Assembly: GCA_951406725.2 (NCBI GenBank)
Contig: OX597819.1
Span: 127,224,001-127,288,000 of the forward strand
Origin: Octopus vulgaris
Taxonomy: Eukaryota
Direction of reading: 5' to 3'
Length of the DNA: 64,000 bases
Shown here: one piece after another, positions 41,290-54,966 of the stretch
Layout: every line of letters starts with the position of its first letter
Position numbering within the stretch: the first letter of the stretch is position 1
Notes under the pieces: generated by a model
Databases searched by the model: none
Told to the model about the DNA's origin: nothing
What the model saw: the letters and a program-made list of their open reading frames with translations, nothing else
Translations under genes and position numbers: made by a program

Positions 41290-41782
41290 TACTTCAAGTA
41301 CCAAATCACCCCACCGCTAAAAAATGAATTATTCCACGTCCTCCCGAAAAGTTATACATTTTATGACGTCAGCAGATTTGTATACTTTTGTATAAGAAAA
41401 TTGTGATATTTCATACGAAACTTATATTGGTTTTAAACGCGGTGTATAAGGCCAGCAATTTTAGGCAGGTGTTAAGTCGATTACATCGACTCCAGTGCTC
41501 AACTGGTACTTATTTTAAGTATCCCAGAAAGGATGAAAGATTAAGTCTACCTCGAGGGAATTTGAACTCGGAACGTAAAGACAAGCGAAATCTCGTAAAG
41601 CGTTTGGCCCGTCGTGCCAACGATTCTACCAACTCGCTTCCTTGTTTGAAACTTACATTAACCAGAGAAAATATTATGCAATGAACATATACTGAATAAA
41701 ATCTGCATATTGTGATTTCTGTATGCTTCATCGTAGCAGCTTAATAAGTAGTACATGTCATGATATATATTTATATGTGTTT

Positions 41783-42638
41783 AAGGAGGCGAGCTGGCAG
41801 AATCGTTTGCACACCGGGCGAAATGCGTAGCCGTATTTTGTCTGCCGCTACGTTCTGAGTCCAAATTCCGCCGAGGTCGACTTTGCCTTTCATCCTTTCG
41901 GGGTCGATAAATTAAGTACCAGTTACGCACTGGAGTCGATGTAATCGACTTAATCCGTTTGTCTGTCCTTGTTTGTCCCCTCTATGTTTAGCCCCTTGTG
42001 GGTAGTAAAGAAATAGAAATAGGTATTTCGTCTGCCGTTACGTTGTGAGTTCAAATTCCGCAGAGGTCGACTTTGCCTTTCATCATTTCGGGGTCGATAA
42101 ATTAAGTACCAGTTACGCACTGGGGATCGATCTAATCGACTTAATCCCTTTGTCTGTCCTTGCTTGTCCCCTCTATGTTTAGCCCCTTGTGGGTAGTAAA
42201 AAAATAAGAATCGTTAGGACGCCGGGCGAAATGCTTTGTAGTATTTCGTCTGCCGTTAGGTTCTGAGTTCAAATTCCGCAGAGGTCGATTTCGCTTTTCG
42301 GGATCGATTAAATAATTACCAGTAATCGGCTTAATTCTTTTTTGTCTGTCCTTGTTTGTCCCATTTATGTTTAGCCCCTTGTGAGCAATAAAGAAATAAA
42401 AATATTCATGTATGTAGAAAGTGTCGAGCTGGTAGAATCGTTAGCACTCCGGATGAAATGCTTTGCGACATTTCGTCTGTCTTTACGTTCTGAGTTCAAA
42501 TTCCATCGAGGTCAACTTTGCCTTTCGTCGATTAAATAAGTACCAGTTACGCACTGGGGTCGATATAATCGACTTAATCCCTTTCTCTACCCTCGTTTGT
42601 CCCCTCTATGTTTAGCCCGCTGTAGGCAATAAAGAAAT
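41783..42638 (+). mobile_element. SINE family C array (dimer plus two further monomers)
   Basis: Four central domains; heads at about 41783, 42208 and 42425. Confidence 0.88.
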
Positions 42639-42759
42639 GAATATTTATATCTGTATTGCATGCTACATTGGTTATTGATAAAATATGCTACTGTTGGTAA
42701 ATAGACTTTGATGAGAACCTAGCATGTCAATGTATGGTTCCAGAAGCTTTTATCAAATA

Positions 42760-43154
42760 CTAGCAGTATCGCCCGGCGTTGCTCGGGTTTGTAAGGGAAA
42801 TAAATATATAAGCATTTTTAGAGAGTTATAGTAAAAAAATAGCAAAAAAATGCATTAAAAATGGGAAAAAAATGATGGTAAATTTTTTTAAATCGTTGAC
42901 TCATCGTAGACATTTTTAGAGAGTTACTTCCCTTATATAATAGCGAAAAAAATGCATTAAAATGGAAAAAAATAATGGTAATTTTTTTAAAATCGTAGAC
43001 CCATCGTAGACGCACGCTAATACCCAGAAGGGCTCGATATGAATCACGACTATAAGATACCCGGTTTTGGTTAAACTGCACCGCAAAATGTGGGAGTAGT
43101 TAGGAATCTAAATCGTAGGAGACAGACACACAACTTGACTTTTATATATAAAGA
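42760..43154 (-). mobile_element. non-autonomous Helitron
   Basis: Minus strand: 5'-TC, 3' hairpin CCCGAGCAACGCCGGG followed by CTAG and T. Confidence 0.85.
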
Positions 43155-43526
43155 CTAGCAGTATCGCCCGGCGTTGCTCAGGTTTGTAAGGGAAATAACT
43201 ATAAAACATTTTTAGAGAGTTATAGCCAAAAAATAGAAAAAAATGATGGTAATTTTTTTTTCAGAGTTAAAAAAGGTGGAGTTGCGTCCCCTAGACGGTC
43301 TGTGGTTTGGGTTTCTGATTCTCGACCCCATGTCGAATTTATCGATTTTTTTCAGAACTGGGGGAACTTTTCAAAATTTTCGCTGCGTTAGTTTTGAATT
43401 ATGACATTGGGCTATGTGTGTGTCAAGTTTCATCAGAATCGGTTGAAAGCCGTGGTCAGAGTGAGGGTACGAGAAAACAGACACACAGAAAACGCACAGA
43501 CAAACTGCCGTTTATATAGAGAGAGA
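43155..43526 (-). mobile_element. non-autonomous Helitron, second subfamily
   Basis: A|TC start, same 3' hairpin + CTAG; near-identical to 49622-50008. Confidence 0.88.
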
Positions 43527-43739
43527 TATGGTATGTAGTTTGGATATACGTGTTTAGCACTAGTTTTAGCTTTTCTTAAAATTTCTTAATTTTTCTTTTT
43601 TTCGTCACATGCCATAACTAAATAGGCAACTATCTAACTAAATAAATATTTCAAATGAGACAGAGACATACAGACAGAACGATATACAAAGATAACATTG
43701 GGAAAGATAAATTGAATTGGTATTAGTACAGATGAATAT

Positions 43740-44076
43740 TGAGACCCCACTTCGGTCATGACTGACCGTGCGATTGCACCTAGAAAGTTACCCTCCCGGC
43801 ACAAGTCCGGGCAAGGTTGTTTATGGAAGACCAGCAGTCGCCCATGCATACCGGCCTTCCATCTCAACGCCACCAGTATTATTTAAGGGAAAGGCAAAAG
43901 CCGATACAGCTTGACACCTCTGACGTCGCAACACATTTCTACAGCTGAGTGAACTGGAGCAACGTGAAACAAAGTGTCTTGCTCAAGAACACAACACGCA
44001 GCCGGGTCCGGGATTCGAACTCACAACCTCGCGATCGAAAGCTCGACGCTCTAACCACTGAGCCATGCGCCTTCAC
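43740..44076 (-). mobile_element. SINE family A, tail type 1
   Basis: Boxes A and B; perfect 12-bp TSD acagatgaatat (43728-43739, 44077-44088). Confidence 0.9.
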
Positions 44077-44674
44077 ACAGATGAATATACATGGTGAGAT
44101 TTCATCTTAGAACATCGATGATTTAAATTTTTATTGAAACACATTTACTCCGTTTCTGCCAATTCAATATATATGTTTATATTTGATTTTTGCTTAATTT
44201 ACTCTTTCAGCTAAGATGTTACGTTTCTTATTCATGGTAAAACACAATACCCATTATTTTGTCGAAATATCGGTGAAAACTCAAAAGCACCTCTCTTCGT
44301 CAAGTCCCTAAGTTACAGATGGAGTCAGACTCAGTTACGTAGTTTTGAAGAACATTCGTCAATTTCAAAAAATACTCCTTGTGTATTGAGCTGTTCCATT
44401 CCTTGACTAGCCTACTACAGCTATAGTCAATATTTTTCCAAGTAAAGTGAGTGCTATACATCGCTAAGAACATGATGATATGGAAACATGTCCAGGGTTG
44501 ACTTCAGAAATTGTCAATAGACAAAATAATATTTGTCATTCGTTTATATTGGTTTTCTCAGTTCGTAATTACATCTTGTTAGAATTTTAAACGTTCTCTG
44601 CTAACACTAACTTAATCATAATTTTTTTTTTGCGTGTGGATGCTGTCATAGAGTTAATTATTATTCAAGCAACT

Positions 44675-44906
44675 GGCGGTGAGCCGGTAGAAACATTAGC
44701 ACGCCGGGCGAAATGCGTAACCGTATTTCGTCTGCCGTTACGTTCTGAGTTCAAAATTCCGCCGAGGTCGACTTTGCCTTTCATCCTTTCGGGGTCGATA
44801 AATTAAGTATTAGTTTCGCACTGGAGTCGATGTAATCGACTTAATCCGTTTGTCTGTCCTTGTTTCTCCCCTCTGTGTTTAGCCCCTTGTGGGTAGTAAA
44901 GAAATA
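44675..44906 (+). mobile_element. SINE family C full-length monomer
   Basis: Head + one unit; TSD ttcaagcaact. Confidence 0.9.
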
Positions 44907-46425
44907 TATTCTTCAAGCAACTTTACAATTTAGTAAGTTTTATCGAAGCAAGTGCAAAGAAATCTGTACTTTACTGATGCGGTAAGAATAAAGATCGTAA
45001 ATATAGTAGTTAGCTCCATATTTACTAAAATAATTCAAATGACAATAAACAACATCGACTACCAAAATTGTTGGTTGCCTCATAAAAGGAACTAGTATTT
45101 GTCATTAAGCTCTTCTACCAACCCAAACCCGTTTCAATCAAACTAGCTGGTATCATCCACCGATATGTAATTCAAATTAATCACGTTTGATACATTAAAC
45201 CTAATCTCACATATGTTTTATGTATATTATGTTCTCGAATTATGGAAATTTAGTCGTTGGATTTCAACCCCGCCTTCTAATCGCTTGCGCATCTGGGAAT
45301 ATGTTACTGAGATACTCACTCATTCATACTGCTCCGAATGGGTCTCAGTTTTCTTAATGCAATATTTGTTAGTCAGAGACGGTGTGAGAAGGTAGAGAGG
45401 AAGCCGTTACCGTTGGATTTGTTGTTGGTGATAGTGATGTTGTTGTTGTTGCTGTTATTGGTGGAGGTGGTGGTGGTGGTGGCGGTGAAGGCGTTTTTGT
45501 TGTTGTTGGTGGTGGTGTTCATAGCAGTGATTTTGCTGAGACTCCTAACGCGTTATATCAGTGGATCACCGCAGGAGGTTTCTCATCTACGCAGTGTATC
45601 TAGGGCAAGCCAGTTTGACGATACTCCTCTCATTCCAAGTTATATACTAAGTAGTATTTGAATTCAGCACAAGAAGCTAGTAGAAGAGCACTGCCAACAC
45701 CTATAAACAAACATCACTTTCTAAACTTAAGCGCTGGACTGGCTACAGAGAGCCTTTAACTCTTCCATGTCACAACCTACCACCTTTAAAGGGGAAGTCA
45801 GAGTGTAATGGAGTTCTAGAGACATTGTGCGATTATAAACAAAATTGGGGTGCTCAGAAAATTACCTTTGCTCATAGGTGTGCTCAATCAGGTCTGATCT
45901 GAAGCAAAACAATAACAAAATCTTCATAAAGTCATTGATAAATTACTTGGAGAATAGCATCAAAATATAAGTAGTTTTGTTTTAATTAAAACAGTTCTTA
46001 AGATGCTATTCGAGATCTTAGGCTTTCAGTCTTTCAATCGCAATTTATCGAATATGTAAGGAGTAGGCTTTATATAAGAAGCTGGGAACATTTTCAAAAC
46101 CACTGGAACTTGTGGTGGGACGTTTGTGCTGAGAAAAATACTGAATCTTTGTGTACAATTTGTGGGTATACCACTCAATTAAATTACTGTTTTGGTCTTA
46201 AGATTTAAACCATTTTTTCCACTTAGGTTTCAGATGTGAAATCTGGCAAAATTTCGTTCGCAGCCGAAGTGTTCACAACCTGACCTTTTTGACAACAACT
46301 ATTAATTACAGCATTAGAAAATGTTGAAATATCTTCAAAAGTAATATTTTAATACGGTCTTTGAAAGTCGCCAGCAGGACCTCAAGCCTGAGAAATGAAA
46401 GAATATTTTTTTTCATATACTTTCA

Positions 46426-46825
46426 TGGCTGTGTGGTAAGTAGCTTGCTTACCAACCACATGGTTCCGGGTTCATTTCCACTTCGTGGCACCTTGGGCAA
46501 GTGTCTTCTACTGTAGTCTCGGGCCGACTAAAGCCTTGCGAGTGGATTTGGTAGACGGAAACTGAAAGAAGCCAGTCGTATATATGCATATGTATATGTG
46601 TGTGTGTGTGTGTTTGTGTGTCTGTGTTTGTCCCCCCAACATCGCTTGACAACCGATGCTGCTGTGTTTACGTCCCCGTAACTTACCGGTTCGGCAAAAG
46701 TAACCGATAGAATAAGTACTAGGCTTACAAAGAATAAGTCCTAGGGCCGATTTGCTCGACTAAAGGCGGTACTCCAGCATGGCCGCAGTCAACTGACTGA
46801 ATCAAGTAAAAGTGTAAAAGCGTAA
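46426..46825 (+). mobile_element. SINE family B
   Basis: Match to 2531-2943. Confidence 0.9.
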
Positions 46826-47864
46826 TAGTTATTTGTTTAAGCTTTCGCACTCCCGCGTGAGAACAAGCACTCCTATCCACAATGCTGGCTGTAGTGGGGC
46901 TGGGAAGCCTTTATACTGCGAGTCCACTCAGAAATTTTTTTAATAAAATATCTTTAGAAGAAACAGTTCTCCAATGCACATAGCCTAAATGCACAGGCCA
47001 ACTTCCTCGTCAATTACATATATATGTGTTTTCAAGCGTAAGTCACATACCAAATTAAGTCACATACCAAACGCAAAGAATATTATGTTGGTTGCACGAT
47101 TCTGCACTTTCACATTTGAAATAATAAATACTTGAATGCATGCACCTCAGCGATCACAGAACACCTGGACAAATGATGATTAAGGCCGTATATAGAATAG
47201 TCGTAAAATTATAAATTGAAGACGCCATCATAATAAGAAAACACTAACTAGTCAATAACAAACGACAGTAATTAAACGAATATCAAATTGGACACTCTAA
47301 CAACGTCCAGTGGCTATAAGATAATTCTTGACACCACATCTTGCACACCCATAATAAGAGATTCCTGGCAAAAGACAACCCATGGAACACAATTTCAACC
47401 CCCATAATTCACATGCGAGTAATACGAGATTTTAAAAATCTCTTGTAGGTCGGATATAATAACGAAGCTAGATATTCTGTTTCCACAAACTTTAGAAAGG
47501 AATATTTTCACTTGAAATATACCAGGACTGCTAATTATATTTAAAGTGAAATTTCAGTCTTTTTCTTGTACTATTTTACATTTCAACTTCTGTGACTATA
47601 TTGCAGTGAATCACTAAATCTTTGCTGTAAGACATAATTCTTTTACCCCTATTTTGCATATACTGGCGTGTTTCTCCCTTCATTCTTAATTCCTCTCATC
47701 TTATTTATCGCTCCAAGAGAAGAGAAGATTATTCTTCGAAGAGAGGACCTGGTGGCACTAGCGAAGGAGGGAATGGTGTTTTAAAAAGTTGTACTTGCTT
47801 GTTGGTCAGTTCTTTCGTTGTCTCAGGCGGCGTCGTTGATGTTGCTGTTGCTGCTGTTGCTGTT

Positions 47865-48231
47865 GAGCGAACGGTCTTCGTCCCAGAGCTCGCAAGATGG
47901 GAGAAGTCCGAAACGTGGTCTTTTGCTATTCGTAAGACCCGCAGAAGAGAAAGCAGGTCAACCCCCAACACCGAGAGAATCGACGGATGGATGAATGCGC
48001 ATCCAGGCTCAGCGGTTGCGTAGGTAGTCGGGGACAAGAAACAGGAAGAAAGAGTGAGAGAAATTTGGATGGAAAGAGTACAACAGGGGTCGCCACCACC
48101 TCCTGCATAAGCCTCGTGGAGCTTTAGGTGTTTTCACTCAATAAACACTCACAATGCCCGGACTGGGATTCGAAACCGCGATCCTCCGACCGCGAGTCCA
48201 CTGTCCTAATCACTGGGCCATTGCATCTCCG
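47865..48231 (-). mobile_element. tRNA-derived SINE family D ending in a (CAA/CAG)n tract
   Basis: Minus: TGGCCCAGTGATTAGG box A, GTTTCGAATCCC box B; second copy at 49110-49474. Confidence 0.85.
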
Positions 48232-49109
48232 CTGCTGTTTATGTTGCGTCTTTCTGTGTTATTTGTAGGCTGAACAGTTATAATAATCATAGACCATAAT
48301 TTTGATAGAAATTAGATCAATTACTTATTGATTACCAGGTGATCACTCGGATTTTTACCAATTTCCACAGTTATATATGTGTGAGTCTGTGTGTGTATGT
48401 GAGCGCGTGTGTGTGTACGTTTGTGTATGTGTGTGTATGTATGCGTGTGTGTGTGTAAAGTAAGTATGAATATATGTACATATCGTTTTGTATATTCATG
48501 TATTCGTACACAAACATACTCATAAACATACACTACTACTCCCTCTCACGTACATATGTGTACAAGTGTGCGCGCGCGTGTGGGTGGGTGTGCGTGTGTG
48601 TGTATGCGTGTCCGCTATGCTGTGTGTAAGTAATACCTATCACATTAATGTGTGTGTGTGAAGCGGTATTTTTATTTATTTGTTTCGTTATCTTAATATT
48701 TGCTAGTACATTTCATTTTCCATTCCAGACGTTCCCCTTGGGATTGGCTTTACACATAAGCAAGATCTCCAGAGGGGGATCAAGTGGCATAAGCTAGAAA
48801 GAGGAGTGATGCCACTTCTGCTGACAACCGCGCACTCACTGAATTTTAGTGCCTATCAATCTTATATGCCAGGCGATCAATATCCTTTCTCTATTTGTCT
48901 GTCTCACCGTCACTCTTTGATTTCCATTTCCATTTAATTCTTTCTCTTCCACTTATTTTATTTACCCTTCTCACGCGCTCGCCTTCAGAGAAATTTTCAT
49001 ATTTTGTCTGAAATGTAAAGTAAGCCAACAAAAGAAAAAAAAAATATTAGCTAATAATAATGAAGATGATGATGACGATATAGCTGCTGTTGATGATGAT
49101 GTTGATGTT

Positions 49110-49474
49110 GAGCGGTCTTCGTCCCAGAGCTCGCAAGATGGGAGAAGTCCGAAACGTGGTCCTTTGCTATTCGTAAGACCCGCAGAAGAGAAAGCAGGTC
49201 AACCCCCGATACCCGAGAGCATCGACGGATGGATGAATGCTCATCCAGGCGCAGCGGTTGCGTAGGAAGTCGGGGACAAGAAACAGGAAGAAAGAGTGAG
49301 AGAAATTTGGGGCGAAACAGTACAACAGGGGGCGCCACCACCCATTACCGGAGCCTCGTGGAACTTTAGGTGTTTTCGCTCAATAAACACACACAACGCC
49401 CGGTCTGGAAATCGGAACCGCGATCCTCCGACCGCTAGTCCGCTGCCCTAACCACTGGGCCATTGTACCTCCAC
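49110..49474 (-). mobile_element. SINE family D
   Basis: Colinear with 47865-48231; flanked by CAA/CAT/CAG-type repeats. Confidence 0.85.
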
Positions 49475-49621
49475 TGCTGCTGGTGGTGGTGTTACTGTTA
49501 CTGTTGATGATGACAATGATAACAGGAGGTTTTCTCATTTAATCAAAAGCTCATAGATTTTCTATATATATCACACACACACCGCACACATATAGCGTGT
49601 GTGCATGAATATATCTATATA

Positions 49622-50008
49622 CTAGCAGTATCGCCCGGCGTTGCTCAGGTTTGTAAGGGAAATAACTATAAAGCATTTTTAGAGAGTTATAGCCAAAAAA
49701 TAGCAAAAAAATGGAAAAAAAATTATGGTAAATTTTTTTTTGAGAGTAAAAAAGGTTGAGTTGCGTCCCCTAGACAGTCTGTGGTTTGTTTTTTTTGATT
49801 CTCGACCCCATGTCGAATTTATCGATTTTTTTCAGAACTGGGGTTAACTTTTCAAAATTTTCGCTGCGTTAGTTTTGAATTATGACATTGGGCTATGTGT
49901 GTGTCAAGTTTCATCAGAATCGGTTGAAAGCCGTGGTCAGGGTGAGGGTACGAGAAAACAGACACACAGAAACACGCACAGACAAACTGCCGTTTATATA
50001 TAGAGAGA
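49622..50008 (-). mobile_element. non-autonomous Helitron
   Basis: A|TC...hairpin-CTAG|T; near-identical to 43155-43526. Confidence 0.88.
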
Positions 50009-50589
50009 TATCTAAACGAAGTAATTTTAAGTGGCAAGCAGCATTATTATATACAATACAGAAGTATAAGATCATATTAAATCTAGTTAAAATCTTGATT
50101 GATATATTATCATCTGTTCAGGAGAAAAGTAAGCGAAAGATTCTTGTCACCTGGAGCAACGCCAAATGAAAAATTTGGATAATGTAAGAGTCAAGAATTA
50201 TTGGAAATTGACATGATGTTAAGGAAAAACAATCATGTTGACTGAAGACGAGATGCTGAGAGACAAATGATTCTGTCTCAATTAGAGATGATTGACCTTT
50301 CTCACAGACACTACACCCAAGGTCGTGGTTAGGAATGAAAAATATTAAAGAATAAGTGATTTTTTCAAAAGCATTCAAGTTTATGAAACGGGAGGGGAAC
50401 GGGTGCGGAATCAAAACTGTAGCAGTACCCACAAAAAGGATTATACAGATACCTGTAAAACTAGAAGAAGGATGAATAAGGAAAAATAATAAAACGAAAT
50501 TGAACAAGCGGTACAAATAATAATAATAATAAAGATGATGATGATGATGATGATGATAATAATAATAATAATAACTTGTTATTTTATTA

Positions 50590-51430
50590 GCCATAAGGGC
50601 TCACATAAAATAACATTAAAATACATATAACATCATTAAAGACAAAAATAGGGCGATACAATGGGTTTTCGCGTGTACACAATATATATGTAACAGTTAA
50701 AAATTAAATACATTAAACGCCCAATAAGGAAGGCACTTTAAGGTCCTCGTGGAAAACCCCACAAAAGCCATGGGTGCCTGAACAACTGGGCAAGAGCCCT
50801 TCTCTTTTTTTACAGGTACACGCTCAGAACAGGTCCTTTCACACTGGCCATTCTTCCAGTATTCACCCACCTTTCAACAAACTTGCTACAAGGCAACACC
50901 TCCCTCTCCACCCTCAACTTCCTTCTCAAGTGAAACTGGAAAAAGTTGATGAGGGCTTGGCCAAAAAGGTCCCATGGCCAATGAGGTAAATCCGAAGCGT
51001 GGTTATTGCTATTTGAACCCTTTCAAATAAGTCCACCATACTACCTCTTTCGCTACAGCCACTAGACAAAGAAAAATGGCCTGCCCCACCCGGCCAAAAG
51101 AGGGCAGCTGGGCAATCTTCACAATGGATAGCCGGATCCTTCCTACAGGCGATAGCATTACTCGGGCGCTGGACTAGGGCGTGCAGAACGGTTCCATCGT
51201 TCTGGGTGCACCTCGGGCGGGCTCGGCTGACGGCACTTCCTTACCTGTAAAGTATATCCCGAACAGGCAGCGCCCCTCGGTAGCACTGCCAGGCAAGGGA
51301 TTTCTGGAAGTTATCCATAGTCCCAGGCCCGAAAGTTCCCCCAAAACAGACCGTTTAGTTGATATTCATCAACGCCCAGAGTTACTCCGAGAACGTCGTC
51401 GCACTTTCCCTCCACTAGCCCTCTATAGAA
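50590..51430 (-). pseudogene. Tx1/L1-clade LINE 3' end (C-terminal zinc-knuckle region + 3'UTR)
   Basis: Minus-strand YRGALPVRDILYR and PRCTQNDGTVLHALVQ; decayed. Confidence 0.7.
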
Positions 51431-51624
51431 CGCTAGAGTAGAACTACCACCGACCGCATTGCCCGCATTTTGTAAGCGAAAAACCACAACATAATTGTAA
51501 TGGAAAAAAGTCCAAAATTCGCCCCTATAAAAGGGAACTCTCAACAAAAGAACCCCTTTAAAATCAAGGAAGAATAACTTTAGAACCTTCAAAATTAACG
51601 TAGTTGATAAAGCTGAGGTACCAG

Positions 51625-51865
51625 GCATATTAAATGATTAAATTAAGAATATATTGAAAGGCATGAAAATCAGAAAGGTGTCAGGGGAAGATGAAGAGGT
51701 CGTCGAGTTCCTCAAAGAAGGAAGGAAGCCAGTTGGTCGCCAACTTCACAAAATGCATGAAAGCGAATGAAATACCTACTAAGTGGAACAAGGTTTATAT
51801 AATAAGGAAGGTGATATTAGGGCCTAGAAACTATAGGGTCACTGCGATTTGTCTAGTACATGAGT
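51625..51865 (+). pseudogene. RTE-like LINE fragment (pre-RT region)
   Basis: KVSGED, FTKCMKANEIPTKWNK and PRNYR resemble KAPG.D...IP..W...NYRPI. Confidence 0.55.
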
Positions 51866-51869
51866 ACTT

Positions 51870-52050
51870 AGATGATGATGATGATGAGGATGATGAGGAT
51901 GATGATGATGATGATAAAGAGGAGGAGGAGAAGGATGATGATGATGATGATGATAATGATGGCGGCGACGACGACGATGACAATGATGACGAAGGTAATG
52001 ACAATGCTTCTGAAGACGATAATGATGACGATGATAATGATGATGATATT
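51870..52050 (+). repeat. (GAT)n-rich microsatellite; (CAT)n at 52428-52660
   Basis: Directly visible; source of the poly-D and poly-H ORFs. Confidence 0.95.
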
Positions 52051-52467
52051 GATCGGTGATGTTGGTGAGAGTGAGGATGAGGCGGAAGATGGAATTATAA
52101 AGGGAGATTGTGGTAAAGAAGTGAATGGATTTAAGGGATGAAAAAGAAATAAAAAATACACGTAGAGTTTAAGAAATTGAAAAGACACACACACATGCGA
52201 TTACACACACATACACGCATATAGACACCCACACGCTGAATTCACACTTTTAGGTATATAACAGGCGATTAAGTCTTCCGTTATGCACTGATGCATTGAA
52301 GCGTGACCACATCAATTGCAACAAGATGTCTGGTGCAGGGGTGCATAATGTTCAGAAGTTTGTTGCCGGTGGAAACGAAGAAAACGAAAAGGACGACGAT
52401 GTGTGAAGGATATAACGGTCACGAAAATCATCAACATCACCATCATCACCATCTTCACCATCATCAC

Positions 52468-52532
<65 letters not shown>

Positions 52533-52536
52533 CCAC

Positions 52537-52573
<37 letters not shown>

Positions 52574-52586
52574 GTCGTCGTCGTCG

Positions 52587-52636
<50 letters not shown>

Positions 52637-52676
52637 GTCGTCGTCGTCATCGTCGTTCTTATTATTAGTATTATCA

Positions 52677-52787
52677 GGCGGCGAGCTGGCAGAAACGTCA
52701 GCACGCCGGGCGAAATCCGTGATGGTATTTCATCTGTCTTTTCGTTCTGAGTTCAAATTCCGCCGAGGTCGACTTTGCCTTTCATCC
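52677..52787 (+). mobile_element. SINE family C 5' half
   Basis: Head and box B, cut within the central domain at the junction with the Dong remnant. Confidence 0.8.
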
Positions 52788-54050
52788 TGTTTCTTGCTTC
52801 AGGTAGCCGTTCATCAGACATAACCAAGACCTCTCATCTACAACATCCTGCGTATGTCTGAAATGCTGACCGTGTAGTTCTTTTCATCAGATGTTTCTTT
52901 CTCGCTCCTGCTTTCTCCTTTTCGTGTACTCCTTTGCTGTCTCCGCGGCTTCTTTCTCCGCTCCTTTGGCAGCTGAAATCAATCTTTCTAAGTTTCCTCT
53001 CACATATTCTTGCATATTTCGTATTGCCATTTTGACACTGTCTTCTGTTCATATCAGTCCTTTACTTCCCTTCTTCCGTGGTAGGTATATGCTATCGTCA
53101 TGCAGTAGTGAGCGTGTACCACCTTGGAATATTCCCCTATTTATGTTGACTTCACCGGGCCTAGACTTCTCCATTAATACTAATGTATATAGTTTTATAG
53201 AAGCTGGACAACATACTCAACTATCCCAAATATTTCGAGGCAATCTAGGATCCATGAGTTTCGCACACTATTATATGCCTTTTGGTAATTGATCCATGCC
53301 GATGCTAGGTTTTTCTTTCTGCTTGTGACATCTCGGAGGACTTACTGATTTCTATATATAATAGGTCACTTGTCTCTTTGGAACTTTTTCTGCATTCCTT
53401 CCTGTTCTTTTGGCAAAGTATTCAAAATACTTTGCAGTAACACCTGTTAGCAATTTCCACATCAGTAGATGACAACTTATTGAGCGGTAGTTGCTTGCTA
53501 CATTTCCTTTCTTTTGATTTTTCAATATTAGAACCGTTTTGCCTTTCGTCATTCATTGAGGAATATCTCCTTCTCTCTCAATGAAATTATTTAGTGCAAT
53601 GATTCCATCATGAAATGCAGTGAAACGTTTTAGCTAAAATCCCCGTACCAAATCAGGTCCAAGAAATTTCCAGGTTGATATCCCTTTCAAGACATTTTCC
53701 AACTTTCTCCTCTGATCTCGATGTTCCTCTGTTTTGATAAATCTGCATGATCTGCCTTTATCTTTTTAAATTCATTCTGCATCGCCTGTTTTTCTCTTGG
53801 TAGCCTCAAATGATTCTCTAGAATTCTTTTGTCTTTTCCTTGTTAGGCGGTATGTTCATTGTAACATCATCATTTAGTTCCTTGTAAAATCTACATTGAT
53901 CTTTTTCGAACAGCTTATTTTGTATAATCTGTTCAATTATGTACTTGTATCTCTTGATCTTGGCAGCTTTCGCTTTTTTACTTCGTTTTAATTCTGAAAG
54001 CTTGAGGACGGGAAGTGGCAAGGGCAGTAGCGAAATATCTCCATATAATG
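52788..54050 (-). pseudogene. decayed, internally deleted R4/Dong-like LINE (older subfamily)
   Basis: KAKAAKIKRY..QNKLFEKDQCRFYKEL; KGKTVLILK..ASNYRSISC..MWKLLTG; EVNINRGIFQG joined to YLPRKKGSKGL; ELHGQH; GYLKQET. Confidence 0.8.
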
Positions 54051-54197
54051 CTACACAGGCATTTAAATTGATATGGTTCTTCTATGAATGTGGGCAGTAC
54101 TTGTCAGCACAGTCTTTTGGATTTCTCTGAGATATGTTTCTCTTGGGATGTTGTAGATGTTGTCTGGATGCAGTTTCATGTCATACCCAGGACATTA

Positions 54198-54227
<30 letters not shown>

Positions 54228-54229
<2 letters not shown>

Positions 54230-54731
54230 GAGTGAGAGAGCAGTGCATGCCATCAAAGTGACACTGGGGTAAAATATACGAAGTCCAGTATACTCATCAT
54301 AACTACCCGTCTGATAAGGGTACATCAGGCACATGCATCACAACCATGTGGACGCGACATGGTGATCTCATATCAAGATAAACAGCGCATGACCTTGTAG
54401 GTGGGGCCCAGTTAGAATTTTCTTCAGGTCGAGTAGCCCATCACGCTCAAAAGGTCCCTGAATAAGGGTTGTTTGAGGATGTTGAACGAACCACCCATGT
54501 TTCCAAGTGTGAATTATCCAAACCTCTAAGAATTTTTTTGAACACACGGCTATGATGCTCCCCTACTACTTCTGCTCATGGTCAGAGATGCACATATCGT
54601 CAGGGAACATGGTCAACTGGTTAAGGTCAAACAACTGACAAGCAAATCTGTGGTATTGAGCAGAATATTTGCTGTAGCCCATCTTTTATACAAAACAATG
54701 TACATGATAACATTTCCAATCAGTTAAGATC
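54228..54731 (-). mobile_element. second copy of the non-coding (TAA)n-embedded element
   Basis: Reverse complement of 11236-11749, lacking the first ~45 nt; ends ctctctcactc-(aat)n. Confidence 0.85.
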
Positions 54732-54966
54732 ATTATTATTCTATGTTTGACTTTTGCTTTATATTTGTACAAGTTGGCTCCAAGTCTCACCCAGAGACCT
54801 CAAGAGACAACAGGGTTGGAAGTTCATGTTGTTGTTATGCCTAGTGTGCCATATATTTGGGGGGTGGGGATGTTGTACTAATGAATGTCTAAAAAGAAAA
54901 AAAAAAAGGTTTTTTTTTTTTTTTTTTTTTTTAAACAGAAAATTATGTTTGTTTTAAACCTTGAGA

